From an uncultured Bacilli bacterium (GTDB lineage: Bacteria > Bacillota_I > Bacilli_A > RF39 > UBA660), in NCBI GenBank assembly GCA_947631295.1, contig CANRKU010000004.1:1-62851 (forward strand): a DNA stretch of 62,851 nt, in the 5' to 3' direction. Positions 47,724 through 56,860 of this stretch are shown here, piece after piece. The translations under genes and the position numbers were made by a program. How positions within the stretch are numbered: the first letter of the stretch is position 1; every line of letters starts with the position of its first letter. The notes under the pieces were generated by a model. It had not been told where the DNA came from, made no database searches, and saw only the letters and a list, made by a program, of their open reading frames with translations.

Positions 47724-48665
47724 ATGAAAAAGATTTCTATTGTTGTTCCTTGTTATAATGAAGAAGAATCATTACCTTTATTTTATGAAGAAGTAAATAA
47801 AGTATCCAAAAAAATGGAACAAAAAGCAGATTTTGAATTTGTATTTGTAAATGATGGTAGTAAAGATAAAACATTAGAAAAGTTAAGAGAATTAGCCAAA
47901 AAAGATAAAAGAGTAAGATATATTTCTTTTTCTAGAAACTTTGGAAAAGAAGCAGGAATATTAGCAGGATTAGAGCATGCAACAGGAGATTATATTACAA
48001 CCATGGATGCTGATTTACAAGATCCTCCTATGTTATTAGTAGAAATGTTTGATACGTTAGAAGAAACAGAATATGATTGCTGTGCTACAAAAAGTACTAA
48101 TCGCAAAGGATACTCTTTTTTAAGAAAAATATTTACCAAATGGTTTTATTCAATTATTGGAAAAATATCCAAAACAGAAATGGTACCAGGTGCTAGAGAT
48201 TTTCGATTGATGACAAGACAAATGGTAGATGCTATTCTTTCCATGAAGGAGTATAACCGTTATTCCAAAGGTTTATTTAGTTTTGTAGGTTTTCAAACAA
48301 AATGGATTGAATTTGATATTGAAGATCGAAAGGTAGGTACTTCAAAATTTAATTTCTGGAAATTATTCTCTTATGCCATTGAGGGGATTGTTGCTTTTTC
48401 AACAACACCATTAGTATTTGCAGCGCTAGTAGGAGTATTATTCTGTGTGATTGCCTTTATCTTAATTATTTTTATTATCGTAAAAACGTTAATTTGGGGA
48501 GATCCTGTTGGTGGTTGGCCAAGTATGGTATGTATTATGTTTTTTGTTGGTGGAGTTCAATTATTCTGTACTGGAATTATTGGAGAGTATCTAGCTAAAA
48601 CTTACTTAGAAACAAAACATAGGCCAGTATATATTATTAAAGAAACAGAAAAAGATTTAAAGTAG
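47724..48665 (+). CDS. Polyprenyl-phosphate sugar synthase GT2 with two C-terminal TM helices (GtrB/CsbB-type)
   Basis: ISIVVPCYNEEESL...VFVNDGSKDKT...DADLQDPP, plus C-terminal TM pair (PLVFAALVGVLFCVIAFILIIFII, MVCIMFFVGGVQLFCTGIIGEY). Confidence 0.85.
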   Translation: MKKISIVVPCYNEEESLPLFYEEVNKVSKKMEQKADFEFVFVNDGSKDKTLEKLRELAKKDKRVRYISFSRNFGKEAGILAGLEHATGDYITTMDADLQDPPMLLVEMFDTLEETEYDCCATKSTNRKGYSFLRKIFTKWFYSIIGKISKTEMVPGARDFRLMTRQMVDAILSMKEYNRYSKGLFSFVGFQTKWIEFDIEDRKVGTSKFNFWKLFSYAIEGIVAFSTTPLVFAALVGVLFCVIAFILIIFIIVKTLIWGDPVGGWPSMVCIMFFVGGVQLFCTGIIGEYLAKTYLETKHRPVYIIKETEKDLK

Positions 48666-48684
48666 TCTAGTACTACTTTTTTTC
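48661..48684 (+). terminator. Intrinsic terminator closing the glycan locus
   Basis: AGTAGT (48661-48666) / CTAGT / ACTACT (48672-48677) followed by T7. Confidence 0.6.
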
Positions 48685-48763
48685 ATGCCTATTTCTGTAA
48701 AGTAAGTTAAAAATAATGTCAAATTATAAGCAAACAATGGTATGATAAATTATGGTGATAATT

Positions 48764-49309
48764 ATGGAATTAATCGATGTATTAGATGAAAATGGAAATC
48801 CAACTGGAGAGGTAGAAACGAAAGAAGAAATCTATAAAAGAGGTTTATGGCATCGTTCTAGTCATATCTGGATAGAAAATGATAATAAAGAATTATTAGT
48901 ACAAAAAAGAAACCCTAATAAAAAGACTTTTCCTAATCTATGGGCTATTTCTGTAGCAGGTCATGTAGATAGTGGAGAAACAAGTAGACAAGCAGCTGTT
49001 CGTGAATTAAAAGAGGAAGTAGATCTAGATATTGAAGAAAAGGAATTAGAATACTTATTTACAATTAAAAGAATTCAACCATATCATGATTCTTATATTC
49101 GTGTTTTTGATGATGTCTATCTTTTACATAAAAATATCGATGTTGAAAAAACAAAACTACAAGTAGAGGAATTAACAGATATCAAATATGTGTATTATCA
49201 ATATTTAGAAAATATTTTTAAAGAAGGAGATAAGGACTATGTTCCTTATACGGAAGAGCATAAAAAATTATTTTCTCTTTTAAAAGACCGATATATAGAA
49301 ATTATATAA
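48764..49309 (+). CDS. Nudix hydrolase
   Basis: Nudix box GHVDSGETSRQAAVRELKEEVDL. Start taken at ATG 48764 (MELIDVL). Confidence 0.8.
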   Translation: MELIDVLDENGNPTGEVETKEEIYKRGLWHRSSHIWIENDNKELLVQKRNPNKKTFPNLWAISVAGHVDSGETSRQAAVRELKEEVDLDIEEKELEYLFTIKRIQPYHDSYIRVFDDVYLLHKNIDVEKTKLQVEELTDIKYVYYQYLENIFKEGDKDYVPYTEEHKKLFSLLKDRYIEII

Positions 49310-49322
49310 CAATATATTTTTC

Positions 49323-49351
49323 TTTACAAAGTTAACAAAATGTGATATAAT
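49323..49351 (+). promoter_or_regulatory. sigmaA-type promoter with extended -10
   Basis: TTTACA (49323-49328), 17-nt spacer, TGaTATAAT (49343-49351). Confidence 0.6.
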
Positions 49352-49400
49352 AGCAACAATTTCAAGCAGTATCAGAGATTAGAAAGATGAGGAATATATT

Positions 49401-51218
49401 ATGGATGAAAACAAATTAAAACAATCTTTATATAGAAGTACTCCAATCAGAAATTTTGATTTAAATCAAACTCTATACGATACTATAGTATCAGTAAATA
49501 AGGATAATATGAATTTTAACGCAATAGAGTTTTTGGGCACTCATATAAGTTATAAGAATTTATTGGAAAACGTGGATAGATTGGCTGATGCCTATGTAAA
49601 AGCTGGAATTCAAGAAGGCGATACAGTAGCAATTTGTACAATAAATATGCCAATTGTTCAAGAAAATTTATTAGCATTAAGTAAAATTGGAGCAACATCA
49701 AAATGGATTGATTTAAGAATTAAAGAAAAAGATTTAATTAAAAATTTAAATGAAAGCAATTGTAAAATTGCAGTTGTATTTGAAGATGTTACACCAATGA
49801 TGGAAAAAATTATTAATGAAACAGATATTTCACAAGTATTAATTGCATCTCCAAAAGATTATTTAAATCCTATTGTTCATATTTTAGCAAATATGAAAGA
49901 TAAAAAAAATGGAAAACAAATTGTTATACCTAAGGATAAAAGATTTAAAAAATATAATGATTTCTTAAAAAGCGGAAGTAAAATAAGTAATTTAAAATCA
50001 GTAACATTTGAAAAAGATAGACCTTCATTAATTGTTCAATCTAGTGGTAGTACAGGTAAAGCAAAATCAATAATACATACAGAATATAATTTTAATTCCT
50101 CTATGCAAAAAGAGGCATATTCTGATTTACCACTATATGCAGGAAAGACTATGCATATAGCCATTCCACCATTTATAATTTATGGCTTAAATAACTCTAT
50201 TTATGCATCACTAGCATTTGGATTGAATGCACAGCTAACACCATTTGTTTCAGAAACTACTGTTTATGATGATTTAGGAAAATACAATGTTGCTTGTGCT
50301 GCGCCTCTTCATTATAGATTTCTTTATAATCAAATTATGGAATTAAAAGAAAAAATATTGGAATTAGAAAAAGAAAATTCCATTTCAGCTAAAATAGAAT
50401 TAAAAAAATGTCTAAATCGTTTATCTTTTATTATGAAAAATCTTCAAAAAATTGATGTACTTGTATCAGGCGGTGATAAAATTACTGTGCAAGAATTATT
50501 AAAAATGGAACATCTTTTTGGAGTACCAATTATTAATGGATATGGTAATAATGAAGTAAATGGTGCAGCTATAATATCGCCTTGTTTTGCAACTAAACCA
50601 GATTCTATAGGAATTCCTATGAAAGATATCACGGTAGCAACATTTGATCCAGAAACAAATACAAGATTAGAAGACGGAATTGAAGGTGAAATTTGTATCA
50701 AAGCAGATAATGTTTTTGTAGAATATCTTAATAATCAAGAAGAAACAAAAAGAATTAAACAAAAACATTCTGATGGAGACGAATGGATTCATACAGGAGA
50801 TTTAGGAACAATTGATGCAGATGGTTATGTCTATATTAATGGTAGAAGCAAAAGATTAATTAAAAGGGAGGCCTTTAAAATATCGCCAGACACTATTGAA
50901 AATGTTCTATTGAACATAAATGCTGTGAAAGATTGTGTTGTCGTTGGTGTACCAGATATTGATAAAGATAATTCTTTTGTACCAATGGCTTTTGTAGAAT
51001 TATATCCTGATTATTGTGATTCGTTTGATTCTATAAAAAAACAACTTGAAAAATTATGTGATGATGAATTACCAGAATATGAACATCCTAAGTATATTAT
51101 CAATATAGATAAAATTCCATATAATAATAATAAACATGCTTTTAAAGTTTTGGAACAGCTTGGTGAAGAATATGTAAAATCTTTAAGCACATCATCTGAA
51201 AAAATTAAGAAAATATAA
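49401..51218 (+). CDS. AMP-dependent synthetase/ligase (acyl-CoA/acyl-carrier ligase family)
   Basis: 605 aa. Adenylation core motifs SSGSTGKAKS, NGYGNNE, HTGDLG and GRSKRLIKREAFKISP. Confidence 0.85.
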   Translation: MDENKLKQSLYRSTPIRNFDLNQTLYDTIVSVNKDNMNFNAIEFLGTHISYKNLLENVDRLADAYVKAGIQEGDTVAICTINMPIVQENLLALSKIGATSKWIDLRIKEKDLIKNLNESNCKIAVVFEDVTPMMEKIINETDISQVLIASPKDYLNPIVHILANMKDKKNGKQIVIPKDKRFKKYNDFLKSGSKISNLKSVTFEKDRPSLIVQSSGSTGKAKSIIHTEYNFNSSMQKEAYSDLPLYAGKTMHIAIPPFIIYGLNNSIYASLAFGLNAQLTPFVSETTVYDDLGKYNVACAAPLHYRFLYNQIMELKEKILELEKENSISAKIELKKCLNRLSFIMKNLQKIDVLVSGGDKITVQELLKMEHLFGVPIINGYGNNEVNGAAIISPCFATKPDSIGIPMKDITVATFDPETNTRLEDGIEGEICIKADNVFVEYLNNQEETKRIKQKHSDGDEWIHTGDLGTIDADGYVYINGRSKRLIKREAFKISPDTIENVLLNINAVKDCVVVGVPDIDKDNSFVPMAFVELYPDYCDSFDSIKKQLEKLCDDELPEYEHPKYIINIDKIPYNNNKHAFKVLEQLGEEYVKSLSTSSEKIKKI

Positions 51219-51233
51219 AATTAATATTTCGAC

Positions 51234-51262
51234 AAACTACATAAAATTTATGTAGTTTTTTA
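51234..51262 (+). terminator. Intrinsic terminator
   Basis: AAACTACATAAA (51234-51245) pairs with TTTATGTAGTTT (51247-51258), then a T run. Confidence 0.6.
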
Positions 51263-51314
51263 TATAAAAAAAAAGGACCATATGTTATACTATAATAATA
51301 GGATGTGAAAGCAT

Positions 51315-53699
51315 ATGACAATTTTTTTATCAGTAGCTGGATTAATATATACAGTATCTTTAGCAATTATATTTTTTCGTAAGAAAAGAATACATTCCCA
51401 TGAAATTCAAGTGTATAGCGTATTGATAATGGCTACAATTATATCTCTATGTTCAGAACTTTTAATTATAGTAACAAATCATCTAGGAATACAATGGCTA
51501 TTAAATATCAATTTAAAATTATATTTAATCTGTATTTTATTTTGGACAATGACATTTACAAAATATGTATATTCACTTTCGCATACTAAATTTAGTAAAA
51601 CTGTTTCTGCAATATATTGGCTTATCAATATATTGTTAGCAATTATGATATTTATTTTGCCTATCTATTTAAAAGAAGAAGGCATAAAAATATACTCATA
51701 CGGCCCAAGTGTAGATTTATTATTAAATATTTCCAAAATATATTTATTAATAATTTTAGCTTTGATGATTATAGATATAAAAAATATTATTAATAAAAAA
51801 TATCTTCCTGTAATTACCTTATCATTATTATTACCATTAGCAGCAATCGTTCAATCTATATATCCTGAAGTTCTATTGGTAAATTTTGTATACTCATTTA
51901 CTATATTTATCATGTATCATACTATCGAAAATCCCGATCTTAAAATGATTGCTGAGTTAAATATGGCTAAAGAAAATGCTGAAAAAGCCAATCATGCTAA
52001 GAGTGATTTCTTATCCAGTATGTCTCATGAAATTAGAACACCATTAAATGCTATTGTTGGTTTATCAGAGGATATGGAATCTCGTAATAATTGTCCAGAA
52101 GATATGAAAGAAGATCTAAAAGATATTGTTTCTGCTTCTCATACATTACTAGAAATAGTTGGTAATATTATGGACATTAGTAAAATCGAAAGTGATAAGA
52201 TGGAAATTATTCAAATACCGTATAATTTTAAAGAAGAAATATCTACACTTGCTAGAGTAACTGGAACTAGAATTGGAGATAAACAAATTGAATATAAAAT
52301 TAATTTAGCAGAAGATATCCCTTATGAATTAATAGGGGATCGTGGTCATGTAAAAGAAATTGTCAATAACTTACTTTCGAATGCTATTAAATATACGGAA
52401 AAAGGTTTTATTGAGCTAAAGGTGAACTGTATTAATGAAAATGGTATCTGTACTTTATTTATTGCAGTAAAAGATTCTGGCCGTGGAATTAAAGCAGAAA
52501 ATATTAATAAATTATTTACTAAATTTGAAAGACTAGATATTGAAAGAAATACAACAACAGAAGGAACAGGTTTAGGACTTGCCATTACTAAAAAATTAGT
52601 AGAAATGATGGGTGGAAAAATCAATGTTGAAAGTACTTATGGACAAGGTTCTATCTTCATGGTTACCATTCCACAAAAAATAAGTAAAATGAATCCTGAT
52701 TTAACGAATACTCAAATTATAAATACTGCTGAAGTCAATTTAAAAAATAAAGAATTAGATTTAAAATCTAAGAAAATATTAATTGTCGATGATAATAAAT
52801 TAAATATTAAAGTAGCAAGACGTAGTTTAGAACCATTTTCTTTTGAAATAATTGATGAATGTTATAATGGAGAAGAATGTCTAAATTTAATCCAAAGTGG
52901 TAAGAATTATGATTTAATTTTAATGGATATTATGATGCCCGTCATGAGTGGAGAAACAGCTATGTTAAAACTAAAGGAAATAGAAAACTTTCATACACCA
53001 GTCATTGCTTTAACAGCAGATGCCATTGCAGGTGCGAAAGAAAAATATCTAAGTGAAGGATTTATCGATTATATTGCGAAACCGTTTAATAAAGATCAAA
53101 TTAAAATAAAATTAGATGCTATTTTTACATCACAAAAAGAAGAAATAAATAATACAAAAGTATCTGCAATTTCTGATAATAATAACAATGAAATGATAAC
53201 AGAGAATACAAATAATCCTGAATCTTCTAATATTAAACCAGGAGAAAGATTTGAAGAATTACCAAAAGAATTCTATGAAATAGGTAATCAAGTAGATGTT
53301 CAAGAAATGATAAGTCAACAAGATACATTTCTTAATGATACTGATTTTTTAAAACAAAAAGGAATTGATGTCGATCATGGAATTTCCTTATTAGGAGATA
53401 AAGAAATGTATTTAGAAACTTTTAAAGATTTTTATCAAAATTTAGATTCAAGGATACAAAAAATTACCTCTTTAAAAGAAGCAAAAGATATGCCAAATTA
53501 TGCAATTGAAGTTCATTCTTTAAAAAGTGATTCAAAATATTTAGGTCTTACGAAATTAGCAGAGATTGCTCTTAATCATGAACTAAAAAGTAAAGAAAAT
53601 GATATCAATTATGTAGAAGAACATTATCAAGAATTAATAGAGGAAATAAGTAAGAAAAAAGAAATTATCAAAGAATACTTAGAAAAGATAAAATCATGA
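51315..53699 (+). CDS. Hybrid sensor histidine kinase (multi-TM sensor, HisKA, HATPase_c, REC, Hpt)
   Basis: 794 aa with about 6 N-terminal TM helices. H-box [12 protein letters not shown]-box [11 protein letters not shown]-boxes DSGRGI and GTGLGLAI. Receiver region [10 protein letters not shown]...[10 protein letters not shown]...AKPF. C-terminal Hpt [11 protein letters not shown]. Confidence 0.9.
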   Translation: MTIFLSVAGLIYTVSLAIIFFRKKRIHSHEIQVYSVLIMATIISLCSELLIIVTNHLGIQWLLNINLKLYLICILFWTMTFTKYVYSLSHTKFSKTVSAIYWLINILLAIMIFILPIYLKEEGIKIYSYGPSVDLLLNISKIYLLIILALMIIDIKNIINKKYLPVITLSLLLPLAAIVQSIYPEVLLVNFVYSFTIFIMYHTIENPDLKMIAELNMAKENAEKANHAKSDFLSSMSHEIRTPLNAIVGLSEDMESRNNCPEDMKEDLKDIVSASHTLLEIVGNIMDISKIESDKMEIIQIPYNFKEEISTLARVTGTRIGDKQIEYKINLAEDIPYELIGDRGHVKEIVNNLLSNAIKYTEKGFIELKVNCINENGICTLFIAVKDSGRGIKAENINKLFTKFERLDIERNTTTEGTGLGLAITKKLVEMMGGKINVESTYGQGSIFMVTIPQKISKMNPDLTNTQIINTAEVNLKNKELDLKSKKILIVDDNKLNIKVARRSLEPFSFEIIDECYNGEECLNLIQSGKNYDLILMDIMMPVMSGETAMLKLKEIENFHTPVIALTADAIAGAKEKYLSEGFIDYIAKPFNKDQIKIKLDAIFTSQKEEINNTKVSAISDNNNNEMITENTNNPESSNIKPGERFEELPKEFYEIGNQVDVQEMISQQDTFLNDTDFLKQKGIDVDHGISLLGDKEMYLETFKDFYQNLDSRIQKITSLKEAKDMPNYAIEVHSLKSDSKYLGLTKLAEIALNHELKSKENDINYVEEHYQELIEEISKKKEIIKEYLEKIKS

Positions 53700-53778
53700 G
53701 TAACAAAGAAAACTGTCAAAAAAACTAAAGAGATGGACAGTTGCAAATAATAAAAAAATTATCTGAAAAGATAACAAT

Positions 53779-55635
53779 ATGCAAGCAATAATAAATAAAA
53801 ATTTTAGAAAGTTGGGTGTTAATATGTTTTTTGTTATTTATACTGATTTAAAAAATAAAATTACACGTTACTACTATTTAAAAAATAATGATATTTATTA
53901 TAATGAATATATAAACAATGTATATAAAGTATTGAAACAAAATTCATTATATGATTTTTATAAATTGTTTAGGATTTCTAATAAGGCAAAGTTTTTAGAA
54001 AATAATAACCAATATACAATTTATCTTGATGAAAACGGGTACAAACATTATATCAAAGATTTTAAAGAAGATTTTCTACAATTCTTTTTAAACAACGGTC
54101 AAGAATGTATTATGTACTCTAACAATAACAGTAATCAAAACCAAAAAGTTAAAAAATTTCTTTTTAAGAGTGCTCTACTTTCTGTTTCCATAATCTGTTC
54201 TATTGAATTATTTAAACTTATGGAAAATAATAATTATTTTAATAAAGATATAAAAGCTGAAATTTCTTATGAAGCCATAAATACAGAAATTAACTACTCT
54301 GATATTTTTAACATAATTAGTAAATTAGAAAATATACCTGTTGAATATAGAAATAAAATTTTAAATAGTGGTATTATTGAAAGTATTCTTCCATACTATG
54401 ATGATATAGAATTATCCATTTTAATGAATAGTAAATTAGATAATTTATCTATTGAATATTATGATGATAAAGATATTCAAGAACTATTTATCGAAGGCTA
54501 TTATTCCCCTTTAATACCAAATGTTATTTATCTTAAACATGGTACAAATGGAAAAGCTTTTACTCATGAATTTATACATCTTCTTCAACATCATAAATAT
54601 TCACTTGAATATTTAGTTGAACCAACAGCTGCATTAATGGATATGGAATTTTTTGAAAGTGATAATGTATGCTATAAAGATGAAATAAGCAACTTAAAAT
54701 TATTAATTTGCACAATTGGTCCTGAACCTATTTTACGTTGTAATTTTAGTGGTGATGAAAGCATGATATTAGACATCTTGGAAAATAATTTAGAAAAAGA
54801 AGATTATGAAAAAATGGTTTCCTATCTAACAGATAGTAGTGCAACTAATAAAACTGAACAAAATCAAGAAATCAGAAAATTAATAGAAACATTATATAAA
54901 AATATGTATAAAACTGAAATGAAAGATACTTTACCTGGCTATGACCTAATTACAAACCAAAATATTTACTCAAATATAGTAGATAATAGATATTACTTAA
55001 ATAAAAATGAATTAGAACTGTCAGGAGAAATTTCTTTTGAAATTAACTCTGAATTTTATGATCTAATACCAAAAAACATTAATCTTATTAGCACAAAAGA
55101 AATAAATTACTATAGAAAAGAAATAACTGAAGAAGAATATAATCAACTAGATTCTAATAACAATCAAAAGGATTACGAAATTAAAATAGAATATAGTGAT
55201 GAAGTGAAAGAAATAAGAAATTCTGAATATGGAATGGAAGTAGTCGTTTCTGAAGATGATAGATTGTATCAGTATAATCATACAACAGCTATTGAAAAAG
55301 GGTACATAAAATATATTTATATTACCAGTGAAGATAAAATTGATTTAGAAGATAATACTTGGATATTTGATCATCAAAATAAAAAAATAACTGCCACTTT
55401 ACCACCAATCACAGCCTCAAATTCATTAAATGAAAATTTAGAAATCCAAGTCGAGCAAATGCTCACAGGTATGATCAATGGTACAATGGATACAAATGGT
55501 AATTTTATTAAAGACAATCAAAATTCTAATAATAACAAATTAAGGGGATTTTCCTATATTTCACTAATTGGTATTATTTCAATTATTACATCCTTAGGCA
55601 TTTTATTAATCGGAACATATATTTGTATGAAATAA
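53779..55635 (+). CDS. Hypothetical N-rich membrane protein with HExxH zincin-like motif
   Basis: 618 aa, start uncertain (53779 or 53824). Internal TM (SALLSVSIICSIELF), FTHEFIHLLQHH motif with downstream Glu residues, and a C-terminal TM anchor (ISLIGIISIITSLGILLIGTYI). Confidence 0.55.
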   Translation: MQAIINKNFRKLGVNMFFVIYTDLKNKITRYYYLKNNDIYYNEYINNVYKVLKQNSLYDFYKLFRISNKAKFLENNNQYTIYLDENGYKHYIKDFKEDFLQFFLNNGQECIMYSNNNSNQNQKVKKFLFKSALLSVSIICSIELFKLMENNNYFNKDIKAEISYEAINTEINYSDIFNIISKLENIPVEYRNKILNSGIIESILPYYDDIELSILMNSKLDNLSIEYYDDKDIQELFIEGYYSPLIPNVIYLKHGTNGKAFTHEFIHLLQHHKYSLEYLVEPTAALMDMEFFESDNVCYKDEISNLKLLICTIGPEPILRCNFSGDESMILDILENNLEKEDYEKMVSYLTDSSATNKTEQNQEIRKLIETLYKNMYKTEMKDTLPGYDLITNQNIYSNIVDNRYYLNKNELELSGEISFEINSEFYDLIPKNINLISTKEINYYRKEITEEEYNQLDSNNNQKDYEIKIEYSDEVKEIRNSEYGMEVVVSEDDRLYQYNHTTAIEKGYIKYIYITSEDKIDLEDNTWIFDHQNKKITATLPPITASNSLNENLEIQVEQMLTGMINGTMDTNGNFIKDNQNSNNNKLRGFSYISLIGIISIITSLGILLIGTYICMK

Positions 55636-55662
55636 ATTATTCTAATTTAATAGAAAAAATAA

Positions 55663-55920
55663 TTAAATAAACTTAACACAATTAATAGTCATGATGTAGC
55701 ACAATTTGATGATTTATATGATTATGATATTTGGACTGACACTATCAAATTAACTAGAAAAACTCTAAATGTTGTGATTGGTTTTAATATTTCTGATAGA
55801 GCTAATGCAATCGCTATGAATGTAAAAACACAAGAAGTAACTTCTACTTTAGACGGAAATCCTGAAGATATTATGGTAGATATCTCCCCATTTTCTTATA
55901 TGATCCCTTTAATTTGGTGA
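55663..55920 (+). pseudogene. Start-less ORF remnant (about 85 codons)
   Basis: Open frame from the stop at 55660-55662 to TGA 55918-55920. It reads ...NSHDVAQFDDLYDYDIWTDTIKLTRKTLNVVIGFNISDRANAIAMNV... with no ATG/GTG/TTG plus RBS at its 5' end. Likely the C-terminal fragment of a decayed gene. Confidence 0.3.
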
Positions 55921-56065
55921 TAGATTTATGCATGCTGTTAAATTTGAACTTGATGATGAAGAAAAGGAATATAATTAATCTTATGTAAAAAAATACCCTG
56001 TAAAGAAATAAATAAAAATCTACAGAAAAATATGTAAGCTAAAAAATTTATATTAAACTGTGACT

Positions 56066-56089
56066 AAGCAAGAATTTCTTGCTTTTTTT
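56066..56089 (+). terminator. Intrinsic terminator upstream of the large RNA locus
   Basis: AAGCAAG (56066-56072) / AATTT / CTTGCTT (56078-56084), with T run to 56089. Confidence 0.7.
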
Positions 56090-56223
56090 CATGAAACATA
56101 GTATAACTAGGAACAATTGAATGGGGATTACGTTGAATATAAGTGTATAACCAAAAGAATGAAAAATACAGATTTTATACCAGCAAGATATCTTAAAAAT
56201 GTAAAATGCATTTAATAATCATA

Positions 56224-56252
56224 TTGAAAAATAGAAACAAATATAATATAAT
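56224..56252 (+). promoter_or_regulatory. Near-consensus sigmaA promoter driving the large non-coding RNA
   Basis: TTGAAA (56224-56229), exactly 17-nt spacer, TATAAT (56247-56252). The GC-rich segment starts about 7-10 nt downstream. Confidence 0.65.
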
Positions 56253-56258
56253 AAAAAT

Positions 56259-56830
56259 AAGAATTGGTGCATTATTCTAGTCACAATCAGTTGTTACGAA
56301 GACGAGCCTAAAAATTCGTTAAAGGGCACATCTATGAAGCATCTGGTGCTTGCTTAGTACGCCCAGTATTGGGTGGGTGCTGGATGGAAAGAGACTATGG
56401 GCGCTTATAATGGCATATGAGGAACGACCCATTTTCTCACGGAGACCTAATCTTGTGGAACATTGTTTTACGACTTAGGATTAAACCTATCTTGTGGAGA
56501 AATCTATGGATAGTGTAGCTTGGCTTGCGTGGTGTGTGGGGATAGAGACAACTTTTGAAGAGGTGTACATCTTTTCATTAAGTATTGCTCCTTGAAACAC
56601 ATACTGCAAAAAAGCATAGTAATAACACCGAAAGTGCTTGAGGAAAACTCCTAGAATGTACTGTTAATATAGGATTGCAGTGTATACTAAGTGGTAATCA
56701 AGTCATAGAATTGGTAACAATCTATTGCTTCCTTTCAAGGGGAACCGCTTACTGGTAACGGTAAGTAGGAAGTAGGGAAATCCAACTTGACCTAAGATAC
56801 AAAGTTTACTATATTAATGACCATTTCTTA
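56259..56830 (+). ncRNA. Large structured non-coding RNA of about 570 nt, candidate OLE (ornate, large, extremophilic) RNA or analogous large RNA; ends approximate
   Basis: No ORF of 60 aa or more on either strand across 55636-56860. 56261-56800 is about 41% G+C by hand count (219/540), against visibly AT-rich flanks. It has its own promoter. Several plus-strand-specific hairpins contain G-U pairs, including a GNRA (GAAA)-capped helix at 56487-56513. It runs without a terminator into a four-TM DxxxD protein gene, as OLE does with oapA. Confidence 0.6.
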
Positions 56831-56860
56831 TTTTTTTATGCAAAAGTTGAGGAAAAATAA

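Noticed and set aside
55921-56220. Mini-ORFs in the gap before the RNA promoter, for example MHAVKFELDDEEKEYN at 55927-55977 and MKNTDFIPARYLKNVKCI at 56160-56216.
   Set aside because: They lack convincing RBS sequences and are too short to evaluate without conservation or ribosome-profiling data.
56259-56830. Alternative identities for the large RNA: RNase P RNA, tmRNA, SRP/6S RNA, a riboswitch or T-box leader of the downstream gene, or a group I/II intron.
   Set aside because: There is no GAGGAAAGUCC-type RNase P core near the 5' end. There is no tRNA-like 3' end (..CCACCA context) or tag reading frame for tmRNA. The RNA is far too long for 6S, SRP or known riboswitches. It has no T-box sequence or terminator/antiterminator before the ATG, and no flanking exons or intron-encoded protein. 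These remain formally open until covariance-model searches are run.
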